DNA of 48,929 bases, the filler included, from Sphacelaria rigidula (Eukaryota): assembly GCA_964200075.2 (NCBI GenBank). It is 3 parts of 3 records of this genome, joined end to end, with 100 filler letters (N's around TTAATTAATTAA, not from the genome) between each part and the next. Parts side by side here need not be neighbours in the genome. Positions count along the whole stretch, not along the records: positions 1 to 16,245 come from CAXNAA020001429.1; 2 more parts are not named here. One strand, given 5' to 3'. The translations under genes were made by a program, and so were the position numbers. The notes below the pieces were generated by a model. The model searched no databases and was not told where the DNA came from. It saw nothing but the letters and a program-made list of their open reading frames with translations. Positions 1-12,800 of this stretch are shown in pieces (position 1 is the first letter of the stretch; every line of letters starts with the position of its first letter).

Positions 1-47
1 TCTGATGACTATGGCAAGCATGATCATGAGTACACCCCCCCCCCCCT
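1..47 (+). repeat. Oligo(C)-tailed dispersed repeat, family A (partial)
   Basis: tgactatggcaagcatgatcatgagtacac followed by a C-run; matches the reverse complement of copies at ~4305, ~10945 and ~16150. Confidence 0.8.
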
Positions 48-1699
48 GGCAGAGGAGACCACTCCACACCCGGAGGGCTCCGCTGCAGGCACCTCGTCGA
101 AGGCACGTTTTAACACGATTTGGCTTCACTAGAGCGAAAGAATACGCTAAATTTAGCGCGAATTTCATGAGTAAAAGCTGGTAACGGCAAATAATGTTTG
201 AAATCATTATCCAAAAAATGTTCAGATAATCATCACTACCATTACAGTGATCATGGCCAGTTATAACTGGTACCATTTTCGAGCTCCAGTGAAATGTATG
301 ACCTGAAAAAAATACGAGGTCCGAAAGTTAAATAATTTTGTAGAAATCGAAGGGCATAACATCGTAGCAAACGGGTAGGTCGCACCCGGAAGCCGGGGTG
401 AAACATGTCTCAAGTTACCTTGCACACGATGGAGAGCTCATGAGCCACCTCAAAATAACTAATGTAAGATGACTCCGAGATCCGTTGTCCGACACTATAA
501 AATACGTGACCGCGGGGTCCGAGAAGTCAAAGCGTTACCTTTGCGCTAGTACGCGAGCTCGGCGTCGAGCGCTCTAGGGAGAAAGTATGGGGGGAAAAGC
601 GGGTCCGAATGACTAGGTCATGACCCGGACCAGTACTCTAACAAGAAGTAATATTCAGGTAGCTAAAAAACCTCTCCGACGTGCGCAAGTTTTCTCTCTT
701 TTTTTTTTTGCAAATCAACAAACGAAAGTGCCACCATTCGATTAACAAAATGGACCACCAGCGGGGTCATTGAACTTCTCACAGACCCGTGCATAATAAT
801 CACCAATGAACTCCACGCAGATGAACAGGTATTCAATGAAAAACACATGAAGCACACTTCAGTGATGATGATCCGCAGATGAAACGCATTTCACTTAGGA
901 TTCCTTGGCTGCACAATTCTCCGCCTGTTCTTCAGCTATATATATTTAGTCACTCAAGCTATTATAACGCGAACTTTTTCAAACGGAACTTCGGTTGTTA
1001 ACATGCGAGTGCTCATGCACTCAGGTACGCAGGGGGCTGAGAGTTTTACACATATATTTCACTACGCTCACGCCAAATTTTGAAACGTATAACTAAATGT
1101 CAACATACGTGTGTTCATGCAGCAAAGCCCTGCAAACAGTAGTCAAGGGCGACGCGTGGAGTATGACGTTCATGGGTCAACTCATGATTGGTCCAATTTC
1201 ATCGCAACATATATATATATATATATATGTATATATCCATGTCTCACACCCACGAGGATTTGAAGAGGATGGAGACTATGACGGTGGGTCAGAGAACCGC
1301 AGGCTCGTTTGCGCGATAGACTCCGCCTGTCCAGCGCCGAACGCTGTCGGGATGAGCTGAGCCTGAAGCAAAGCCTTATGAGTGAAGTGACATGTACAAG
1401 CCATACAAACTAAAACATAAAAGTGTTACTCGTGAACGAAATATGGTCCATCCGAGTTGCGAGTACTTGCGAAAACCACAACTCCGACGTGGCGCCGATA
1501 GTATGTAAAAAGGGTAAGCAATCATACACGGAATCCCTTCGAGATGGGTAGGTTGCCGGCAAAGAAAAGGGCGGGGTGAGGGAGGGTGGGGGGGGATCTC
1601 CTAAGAAAGCGCCGTCACAGATGAGGGCCGTGGTGGGCACTTTCACCATAGGCAAACGTACAAGGTGCACCGGGTGTGGGGCGTTTTGTATCAGGATAC

Positions 1700-2017
1700 T
1701 CTGACTGGGTCGTGGGTTCGAATCTCGGGGCGATCTGGGATTTTCTTCACACCATACCCAACAGTGGAGAGCGACTATGTCGTGGGTACACAAAATTCGA
1801 CTTAATGGTCGACGAGGGAAAGGTACTGCCGAGCCCCTCTCGCGATAAAAAATAAAATGACAAGCACCGTAGAAGGAAGGTGGGGGACTCAAACAAACAG
1901 AAAAAAAAAAAAAACTCCGCTGTTGGCTTTGCCCCTGTGTGACCCCGGCTGGTGCGCTCACATATACCGAAAGGTGTAGACCGTCGTCCACAATAGATGG
2001 GACGACAACACAACATA
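1700..2017 (+). mobile_element. tRNA-derived SINE, 5'-truncated copy
   Basis: Pol III B-box GGTTCGAATC at 1715-1724; body shared with copies at 7218-8657, 25640-27070 and 44510-44855; ends in a CA-rich tail. Confidence 0.85.
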
Positions 2018-3004
2018 CAGCCGTTTCCTTCAGAAAGTCTACATTCAGGGGCTGTACTCAACGGCTGGCTATAACACGATTATAAAAGTACGTTTTTGTC
2101 AAGGTTTCACGCTCATCCGAACCGTTTCTTCTACACAGCGAGGGTACATATATCGTGGGCATCGGACCTCGGCAAGACAATCGTGCGAAGCACAGAATAA
2201 ATTACACGTACTTTTTCATCGCTTTTTTTCTTGTCTCACACGGAGCCCTCCGAGATTTTCGTAACGTCAAGAGATCAACTCATCTCTCTCCACGCACCTA
2301 CCTGACGTGAAAGTTCGGTATCAAGCAGTCGGCCGTATTGCGTTTTTCTACCACCTTTTGCGCCTAAGATTTCAGACGACGACGCTCAAACAATATAGTT
2401 ACGGGTGCATTCCGGTAGGTGCTCACGTCCACCTTGCTTTCAACGATACGTTGAATCTGCGCAACAGGTCATTCTCTGGCATCGACGATCATGTGAGGGG
2501 GGACTGCCGGGCCTCGCGTGTTGGAAGCTACATGATCTACTCAAGCTCATGTGGTTCCTGTTCTCAGATTTGCGCCCTACAGCGCTGGACGCCTAGCGCG
2601 CGGAGTAGCACAAGGGTTGCGCTTTGGCTTCTCTGACCCCGCGGTGAAGTATTTGTGTTCTGGTACGGACGGCTCTGAGAAGTCATCTTTGATGAGCTAT
2701 TTCAGGTAGATCATGAGCTGTCTGACGTGTGTTAAGTTCCGGACGATAATTGAACCTTTTTATTTTTGTAATATCAGCGCCCGTGTGGAGTTTACTGTTC
2801 AAGCGATGATCGAATCCCTAGGTCACTAGGTCGATCACTTGAAGCTCGAGCGTATTTCTCTCTTTCCTATGCCACTCGAATACAATTGTATACTCTCCGG
2901 CAATGGGGCTGAGCGATGGTATCCATACACATGTGACGGAAGAAAAGCCCAAGGTCACTGAAAAAACACATTAAAAATCAAAAGCTTCGAGCAATTTCAT
3001 TCAC

Positions 3005-6000
3005 CTGCCATCTCGTGTCGAACCAGCGATCCTCGAGGTCGATGACAGTCCCGCCGATTCTGTCGTCTCTCCCGATCGTGTCATAATCCATCATGTCAAT
3101 CTTAAAAAATGAGAAGAAAAAAAAACGGGAAAAGTGGAAGCAAAAGCAAAAGCAAAAGCAAAAGCGTGTAGATATAGTTGTATCTACCGAAGATGTGTAT
3201 ACCAAGGCGGTGAAAAAAATGACATTCCCCCTGAGACTAATGGCTTGACTCGAAAAGTTCATAAAAATCAACAAAAAGAAGCCAGGAAGGAGAAAGAGTG
3301 GAGGAAGCCAGATGAGGCCAAAAGCTACTACATCGGGAATCGAGATTCACAAGCAGCAACTATTTTCTCGGACTGTTCCAACATCAATCGGGAAGTGAAC
3401 TGCGTTTTCTCCACAACATGCCTGCAGTTGCCCAGCACCCGGAAGCTCGCAGTCTACCTCGACTAACTTGTAAAGGTCGGCGTCTGTGACGTCATCGATG
3501 TATTCGTCCTTAAAGTCGAACACCTGCATGAAATAACGAACAAAACGAAAAAAAAGGAATAGAACAGACGGCAATAACAGATACGCGAGCATCACAACCT
3601 CAGAATAAGGAAACATAAGAGCATATAAATGCTACACTGACGGCGGGGAAAAAAAAGGGCGATCGGGCGTCGGGAACGTCTAAAAAAGGAAAAAATAAAT
3701 AAAAAATAAAAAGAACAAGAGTTCTTTTTTTCCTTAGAGCATGTTTGAATTCCGTTTTTCTTGAGACCACGGCTGGACCCCTGGGGGGTCAGTTAAAGTG
3801 CGACAACCAATCAACCAATCAATCAATCAATCAATCGATCGATCGATCGATCAATGGATCAATCAAGAGAAAAAAAAAAATACAGAAAACAGCAATAATC
3901 GCGTGTGTAGTCAAGCACAACTGTACGAGGCTCGCACCACAGCACGAAAAGAGCATTCTTGGACAGTCCAAGAAACAAACATATACACAAGTGTTTGCTG
4001 CAAGGGTTGAGTGAAAAAATATCATCTTGAACTCAAAATATTAGGCACGTGCAGTGAGTAGGTCGAGCCAGCATCAAAACTAATCTCGTAGCAGGGAATG
4101 TTTTCATCACCTGCTTGCCGAGTGTGACCTTGAGGTACGGGTCCGACTTTCCGGGTCGACCGGCGATCCCCACATCCATGGGGGTGAGGCCTCGAGCTTC
4201 GAGGGCGTACAGTCGAACCTTGTAAGCTCTTGGCTGCAAAATCAAGTGGCATCCATCAACGAACACAACAAACGAGAAGTGGGGGGGGGTGCGGAGAAGG
4301 GGAGGGTGTACTCATGATCTTGCAAGCCGTGGTCATGAGACCATTGACATCGTATCCTTACAGAGCCGGGACGGAGCACGTCAGGTTAGGGGAGGGGGAA
4401 ACAAGCTTCATCCTTCGCCACTGGGATGAAAGTGAGTGGGAGGATCATCTTCCGAACGCATTCAATATTCACGCCTCGATACGAACCATCGCCATGAAAG
4501 AATCAAATTTTCAGCGCCAACAACTGACGAACTGAAAGTACACACCGTTACTCCCTTGCACCCAACACACATACACCACACCGCACCGCACCTATCTATC
4601 CCTTGAACCCAACATGCATACACCGCACCGCACCGCGCCGCACCGACCGCCGCAAGAAAACAAGAATCAAAAGCCAAAAACTCAAAAGCAAGCGAAACTC
4701 GATCTCTTCAGAGTGACAGCCACGCGAAATAAGAGCAAAACGTATACACACACACACACAAATGAACTCGAGGCAAGCACGTGAGTAAGCTCGACGTACG
4801 TGCTTGCACACCACTGAAAAAAAAGACAAAGACAAACGTTTATCTTCAAAACGAGAGCAAAATCTAATCAATATTTCACCAAAAAAAAAAAAAAGGAAAA
4901 AAAATCCGACCCTCCTCTCAAAAAACACATGCACGAACAAAAACAACAGAAGTCGAATACCAAACGTAAAAACAGTCTCCGAAACTATAGAAATGAAGAG
5001 AGAAATCCCCGACGGACAAACTGCAAAACCACCACGCTCACAACGCACACAACGGTTCGGAAGCAAAATGACACGCAATCCCCCGCCCCCACACCACTCG
5101 ACCCCATCCTCAGACACACAGCACATAAAAACACTGGAGTGCAACAGCCTATATAGCGTCCGCATCGTGCATTATCCTACTATGAGCCTCTCCTACGGTC
5201 TATTCTCTGCCCCGCCTACGGCTAAAAAGCACGCTTCCTGTATCGCAGTACATAACGACAACCTCGGGGTACAATCGAAACACCACGTACAGGGCGTTAA
5301 CCATCCGCCTACACGCACCCGTAACACACGACGCGCACATGGGGCTAGAGAAAGTGTATGAGCTGAGCCCTTAAAGCACACAGACATACTGTAGTGGAGA
5401 ATGACACGCACATACCTTGAGCAACTCTGTCAAGATCCGTCTGTCTTCCCTTTGTGCCTTGGCCAGGCTCCGGAAAGTCTTCTTGTCGACAAACAGGGGT
5501 TCGTTCTCGGGCTCTCCCTCCGTCACGCGCACGATGCACTTCAGCTTGCCGACCGTTCTTAAGCTGCCCTTCCCACCTATGACCTGATCGCTTGTGCCCC
5601 CGAAGAAGTTGCTGAGAGACGCGAACGTACCAGCGCCGATTGTTTGACCCCGATGCAGGTCGTACGTCTCGAACGGCGTGGTTTTCAGTTCCTCCTCTGA
5701 AGAGAGAACAAAAAGCAAAAAAAAAGTAAAAGAGTTTAAATGAAGGCACCAGCAGAGGCGCGTATGCCGCATGAAGAGATGAGTAAACACACACACACAC
5801 ACAAACATTACGCACGTACCTAAAGAACCCTCCAATGAATCTCGACCACGCAAGTATGGAGCGATCTCCGGCGTGTCGTCATCCTCCTCCCAAAGCTCGC
5901 CCTCCACCGAACGCGCCCTCTTCACGCCACTCTTGACATCACTCATTGTGGGCGGCGCACCCGCTGGCATCACCCCTGCGACCCCACCCGCGCTGCCGCC

Positions 6001-6858
6001 GGCGCCGACGTGCGCCGCCACGCCGCCAGCGGTGCTGGCAGCGGCCGCCGCTCGCGCGCTACTTGTCGGCAAACCAGCCCTCTGCCGCGCAGCGTCAAGC
6101 GCGGGCATAACTCCTATACCAGTGTCCACCACCTCCCCCGTTGCGCTGACAATACACTGGTTGTTCGCCGGGGTGTCCCAGTTTCTCTGGCGTATGACGC
6201 CGATCGCGCCGGCGGCTCCGCCACCGAACTCCGTGGTGCCCGTTAAAGTGCCACTCCGCTGCCGCGCCTTGTAGAGTTGCACGTTATCGGGGGTGTACAC
6301 CGTCTGGCGAGTTCCGCCGAGAAGACTGCTTCCCTGGCTGCTCAAACCGGGTCGGTGGCGGCGGAAGCCAGACTGACCCAGGTTCCCAAATGCACCCTGA
6401 CCCCCCCTGTCGGTGTCGGGGCCGCTGGATACCGAATCGTTGTCCCCGTCACCTCCGTCGCTACTGAAGAACATGCTGCCGCTTCCCCAGACCACGCCGG
6501 CGCCGGCGCCGCCGGCGCGCCTGCTGCCGGCGGAAGGGACTGGTCCGTGCATGCTTGAACCGGCTGCCTCTTGCATCATCTGGTCCTCGTCGTCCTCCGT
6601 TTCAACTCTGTTGGTTCCCATGTGATGCGTTCGATTGACGACAACGATGATGACAATGATAAAGATTATGAAGATGATGGCGGCGGCAACGAGGGCGACG
6701 ATATGAACACGCGTGCGCGGGTAGCAGGGGGGGGGGGGGGGGGCCAATACTATACGGAATTGGGTTATACTAAAGTCCTATATGCTAGCATGTTGAAGCA
6801 AAAAAAGAANNNNNNNNNNGTGAAAGTGGGGGGGGGACAACGGGGGCACGAGCTAGAA

Positions 6859-6895
<37 letters not shown>

Positions 6896-9768
6896 GCACA
6901 TACTATACGGCATTAGGTTATACTAAAGTACTATATGCTAGCATGTTTGAGCAAATAAATGAAGACACGAGACGCGTGCACATAATTCAAAAACAGGTGA
7001 GCGGGATCTGATGAAGTGCGGAAGGGTGATCGGTCATCGACAGGCCATAAAATATGAGGTAAACGCCACCCGCACAGCGCACCATGCGCGTCAGTCAACA
7101 CGCCGACTTTGGTTGAACTCGAGACACGCCACACGATCGAGATAGACCTACTGGTGAGGCGCACACTACACTTGTGAGAATGAGGACTTTCGCTTGGCCT
7201 ACCCGCCCCGTCCTTGGAGGTGTGTGTGTGTGTGTGCGTCCGTGTGTGTGTTGTCATCCAGTCTATTCTGGATGCCGGTCTACAACTTTCGGTATGTGTC
7301 GGCGCACCAGCCGGGGTCACACAGGAGGAAGGCCAACACAGGAATGTTTTCTTGTTCGTTTATTTTTGCTTCTCCATCTTCCTTCTGCGGTGCTTGCCTT
7401 TTTTTTTTAATGTTTTATCGCAAAAGGGGTTCAGCAGTCCCTTTCTCTCGTCGACCATTAACCCTTTTGGAACTTGGCCTCCAGAACGATCAATGAGGCT
7501 AATTACAAATGACGTGTCCTGTATGTGCATGAAACAGTGGCTTGATGTTGCTGAAAATCCACGTATGTATGTAGAACCGCAGGGTTGGAGGAAGACCGGA
7601 AGTTTCATTCAACCTATTTTCAGGTGCAAGTACAAACTCTGTGTATTATACTTCGGGTGTTGTGCGCATCATGCCAGGCAATGTACAGATGTATCACGCA
7701 GTATGAGTCGCTGTGGAGAGCTTAGAACAGGACGTGGCAACCGCCGCCCGTCACTTGTGGCCTCGGATATTGTCCCCATTACCTTGCTACACGGCCCTTT
7801 GTGATCGAGGTGGGCCGCGATTTCCCTCTTTGTTGCAAGCGGCAAATTCTCTTCAAACGGCATGACGTTGAGCCGCAGATACAGTACAGTGCAGCAGCAG
7901 CTATGCCGCTGCAATCTCTCCCTCACATGTTCTGGGCAGTTCTCCGCGACGGAGATCAGCTGTCTATACACAGCTTGTTCGGTACCGCCGATTACATACG
8001 ACCTCACCGCCGCTTGTACCGCCTCGACAGAGGGATACGCAGAACTCATGCCTTTAGCTCCGCCTCTCGTTGCACTGCGTCGCTACATTCAGTCGCCTTG
8101 TGAACATGACCACATATATAGTAGGGTACGTTTACTCCCGAATTTCCCCCGAGCACCACGTGTTGATATTATCAACTAGGGTTTACTATAGGATGGTGAC
8201 CCCAAAAAAAACGGGGGATGGGAGGACGGGCCTACATAAAATGCAAGTAAATGATGAAAAAATCGGGAATCCGAGCCCCGAGAACTTAGAGTTACTTCTG
8301 CTTCGGAGGCTTTTTTGTGGGCCAGGGACAGGGTACACCAACCTTGCAGTGACATTACTTCCGGCAACAGCCCCCCCGCCATTGGTCGTTCTGATGTGGT
8401 CGATGAATTTCGCCTCGCCCTGATTGGACAGGTCGCTCCCAGGCTTTTTTATTTTTATTTTAGTAACACATGGTGAACCCCTTGTTAGTGAGATTCAGTT
8501 CCAAAAGGGTAAAGTCGAATTTTATGTACTCACGACATAGTCGCTCTCCACAGTTGAGCACTGTGTGAGAAAAAAACCCAGATCGTTCCGAGATTCAAAC
8601 CCACAACCCAACCGTCAGAAGGTTTTGAGGTTACCAACTGAGCCACCGGGGCGACCGTGCGCTTCACCTACTGGTTGATTGACCATGCCATCCACTCCTT
8701 CCTATGAGGAACTCCAGACGAACACACGTATTGATCATTATCCGTATCAGTCGACAACAAGAAGCAACACCGCCCTCCCCAACTTCCAGGTCATAGCCAA
8801 GAGTCCCGGTCATGGGCCAGGGGCCTCGGATACTGGAAATAACGTTTTGATGTGTTTGTTGGGAGTGTAGACAGTCTCAATGCAGAGGAGAAAAAGCAGC
8901 CGACATCAAAAGTTCGAAAAAATTCTAACTCAACAACTGCGGAATGCTCAGAGATCAATCAACCTCGATAAACAAAAGCCCACGTGAAAGAAGGGGGGGG
9001 GGGGGCGTACTCATTTGTTGCTTGCCTTAGTCGTTTGACCATTGACCACGCATCCCTTTCGAGACGGAGCACCGTTCCTACTCCTAGTAGAGATACCTCC
9101 AACATTCTGGGAAGGGGAGGCAATAAAGGTGCTGTAGGGTAGGCGCGGATATACGGGGTGCGCAAACATTGCAACAATTGTTGAGTATGACTCGTGTCCT
9201 GCAGCGGATCGTTTGAAATGTATTTCAACCAGTTTAGCTGCTCGGTTCTTACGTTCAATCACCAAGATCTGCATAACATCTAGCTGCTGAGCCCGGTCTC
9301 CGCGGCGTAAACCAACCACACACTTTCGGCTCACGTCATCGACCAACCCTTCCTCCTGTCAAAACCCAGCACAGAACAGTAAACTCATACTGTGACATAC
9401 AACGTGCTCCGGAAGCTGAAATATCCTGAAATATATCGTTTTGCGCTGTGCATCGTACACGGTAGCGCTTGCTTGCTTGCTTACCCGACGGCATGAAGAA
9501 GTTGATCCCTCGCGAAAGTCGCCGATAGTGGCGGCTTATACCCCTCGGCCCACGGCAATTTATCAGTGAGGTCTATCCTGCCTGAGCCCACAAGCGGGGT
9601 CTTGTATCCTCCCAGTCGGGTATCGTACACCCTGCGACGACATTGTTCACCGCCCGGACCGGTGGCAGAGGACACGGGGCGGGGGGGGGGGGGGGGGGGG
9701 AAACCAAAGAGGGTCACGGACAAAAAAAAAAAAACAAAAAGAAGAAGGTATACTTTNNNNNNNNNNGG

Positions 9769-9818
<50 letters not shown>

Positions 9819-12800
9819 GGGGGGGGGGCACAACCAAGGCGTACTTCAAGCACCAGTAAAAACCTCGACAAGTGAGTTTCATGCAATTTGATGATGTAAT
9901 TGGAGAAAATGAACTCTTGCACATGTTGCAGTGCGCGCGAAATCAGCTGACCACATCTGAAAATTGGCAATTGTGTGCTATGTGGCCAAGGCAAGCTCTT
10001 TATCGAGTGGTCGTTCGCCGGCTCACAAATCCCCCGCCCTTCAATGCCCCGAATCTCCCCGCCTACGCCAGCAGAGCAACGTACCGGATTTTGACGCGCG
10101 GTGCGTACGTGACTTCCCGCGGAAGTTCCAGCTTCATCTTCACGCGCTGCAGGTAGGTGAGGATGAAAGCAGGACATAGAAACAACGGCGTGAGCAAGCG
10201 TGAGTGGTGATCAAAAAGTGGCGTTGGAAAACGTTCGGGTGAGGTACATGTGGAGCAAGACAGCGACGGTGCAGCACGCTGGACACAACAGACAAAAACG
10301 AAAGGCTGGGCACAGCACGGTGACAGGGTCAGCACCGAAGATAACCACAGAATACGACGAGACGCCTGAGCGTTATGCCAAAGCACATCGTGGACAGCAG
10401 AGCAGATTTGCCGCGCGACTGCTGGTGGTGGTGCTGCTCGCCAATCGGGTGTCACCGCGCAGCGTCGATCGCATCAACGCAGATCCAAACAAGCTGATCG
10501 CCTCGCACTGTTACGTGTACATACTAGGGGATTCCTCTTGACACTCCTTTTCTTGAGTATTTACTCTCACAACGACGCCACTCAAAAGACTAGAAAGTAC
10601 CTTAAGGAAATTGGCGTTGCTACCGCTGGGCTTGTTGGATGTTTCCGTCTGCAAAGACCTCTTGGTGCCGTCCATGTCATCAACCTGTTGTACAGCCGAT
10701 ACACGAAAGGTTTCACGTAATGGGAGGAGGCGCTTCAAAAGACATCACGCTGGCGCTGTGTAGCAGGCTGGAGTGGTTATTGCTTACCGTTCCCTACCTA
10801 GACAATAGATTCCATACCGTACGCAGTAGACTTTTTGACGATGCAATCTATTGTCCGGTGTGAGTTGTTTACACGGACACACAGGCGCACAACGTGTCGT
10901 TGCTCATGCGAGCGGTGCCTATACATGTACGTGGGGAGAGGGGGGGGTGTACTCATGATCATGCATGCCATAGTCATCAGACCATTGGGGAGAGGGGGGA
11001 GGGGGGGGGGGGGGGGTGGATTGATCTTGCATGCCGTAGTCATAAAACCATTGACGTCGCATCCCTACAAAGCCGGAACGGAGCACGCCGACTTTTCGCC
11101 AGACGAGGCTCAGGGGGTGGTGGATCACGGCGAGTCGCAATGACGATTGGTTACGGTGGCCGATACAGACGTCTATACAGCAGGCGTTTACACGAACGAA
11201 CCTTCACACGTGATAATGGATGAATGACAATGGGATCAAGACCGAAACGTAAAACATTCACGCTTGTTCCTGCTACCAAAGAGACTCCGAATTTGTTCCT
11301 GGTCGTCCCACATCTCAGATGTAGTTTCTCATGGTCTCTTGTAGCCCTTCACCGTCCACATCTAATAGCCTCACCTCGAACACGCAGTACGGAAGCTGCA
11401 TGGGTAGATAGTTATAGGGCTGTAGATCTCGGATGCCCAGGATAACCATGTCCAGGTATGCCTTGTACCAACGATGAAACCCGCGCCGCCAAAGGAGAGC
11501 AAGGGGACATGACAAGAAAAATGGCACAAGTCAGTAGTCTGCATACGTCACACGCCGCACGATACCGCTACGCCACAACATAGTGTGAGCCCGAGAAGGA
11601 AACACAAAACCGTACACTCCAGGTTTAATCGACTGCTTTTCACGCTTACCGTCGGACGATGCAGCAGACGCGCTGGAGAAACCCTGCCACGGCATGGACC
11701 ATCCAATCAATGGATTCAAAATACGTTGACTTTTGTGAGTACTTCACGGAGTGTTTGTATACCACCAGAACAGGTTGACTGTGTTCCACGGAATGTTCCT
11801 TTTCCAGTACAGGTCATATACGTCAACACACACCATACAATGAGTTGGGAGCACCCTGTTCTGTCGTAATGTGCGGGATTGCGGATGTGCCTAAAACAGC
11901 ACTACGAATGCATGATGACAGTCATGTTCAGGTCATGGTCGAAACTTCCAGGGGGGAGCACCTTCCCATCGAAGGAGGCCAACAGTATCCCCCGCCATCA
12001 CGTAACAACAATGTCAACAATAATGTCAACAACAATGTCAACAACAATAACAACTTCATAGTTATTGTAAAACAAAATTTTAATACTATAACACACCGGC
12101 CGAGTTTCTGGAACAATCTTCGGAGGTTCCGGCAAGTCTGCCGACTTGGTATGAATGATTTGGAGCGATACCAGTAGCTCTCCTTGTCCATCCCCGGACT
12201 CTTCCAAGAAAAAGGGAACCCATTTGGGGGGGGGGGGGGGGGGTAGATCCTCGGCGGTTGTTCGCCGATTTGCCTTGATGACCTGAATGCATTTTGTGGG
12301 GTGACGAGAGTAGACAGACAGATGGTATTCGTTGTAAATTATCGCGGTCGGCGCCAGCGGACGCGCAGGGGAAAGGGTTGGCGACGAATGGGTGGGTAGA
12401 TGCTAAGCACAGCGTAACAATCAGCAGATACGATACCTATTTGTGGACGTTGCCTGTAATAAAGACAAGGCATGAAACTCTTGACCCTTTGACTGCAAAT
12501 CACGACGAGGCATTCATATTCCGAGTAGTCCATGTGCACCAGGGCGAACATCATGTGACTGTATTTTCATGCATGCTCCTGCAGTAAAGATTCAAAAACC
12601 TCGCAGCCAAAGGGAAAACCTAGCCCAAGGCTCGATCTCTACCTTCACTACCCCCCCCCCCATCCACCACAACCACCCGAACGTATACGACATGAACAGC
12701 GCGCATCTGCCTAAACGAACCATCCCGCCAATGCCTGACTGACCCTGCCCGCTACACCATCCCCCAGGAAATCCCGAATTCTCAAGATGCTGCTCTGAAA

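Noticed and set aside
1249-1362. Possible next ferlin exon
   Set aside because: The required phase-0 frame hits a stop and no frame resembles the ferlin C-terminus.
4596-5361. Long ORFs on both strands (185-189 aa)
   Set aside because: Low-complexity A/C-rich intronic sequence of the ferlin gene with no domain-like features; most other short ORFs in the track are likewise shadow or repeat-derived.
6724-6960. Direct repeat with long G-runs around a 10-N gap
   Set aside because: Probably an assembly overlap or poly-G artefact; the same caution applies to 9680-9830.
8585-8657. tRNA-like sequence
   Set aside because: It has A and B boxes but no convincing cloverleaf and runs directly into the SINE body; it is a SINE head, not a tRNA gene.
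9252-9355. Exon-like segment with AG/GT borders inside the ferlin gene
   Set aside because: 104 nt and open only in phase 0, whereas the flanking exons (9485 and 6607) join directly in phase 2.
12226-12243. Six-proline run in a ferlin exon
   Set aside because: Encoded by an 18-nt homopolymer whose length is unreliable; no biological claim made.
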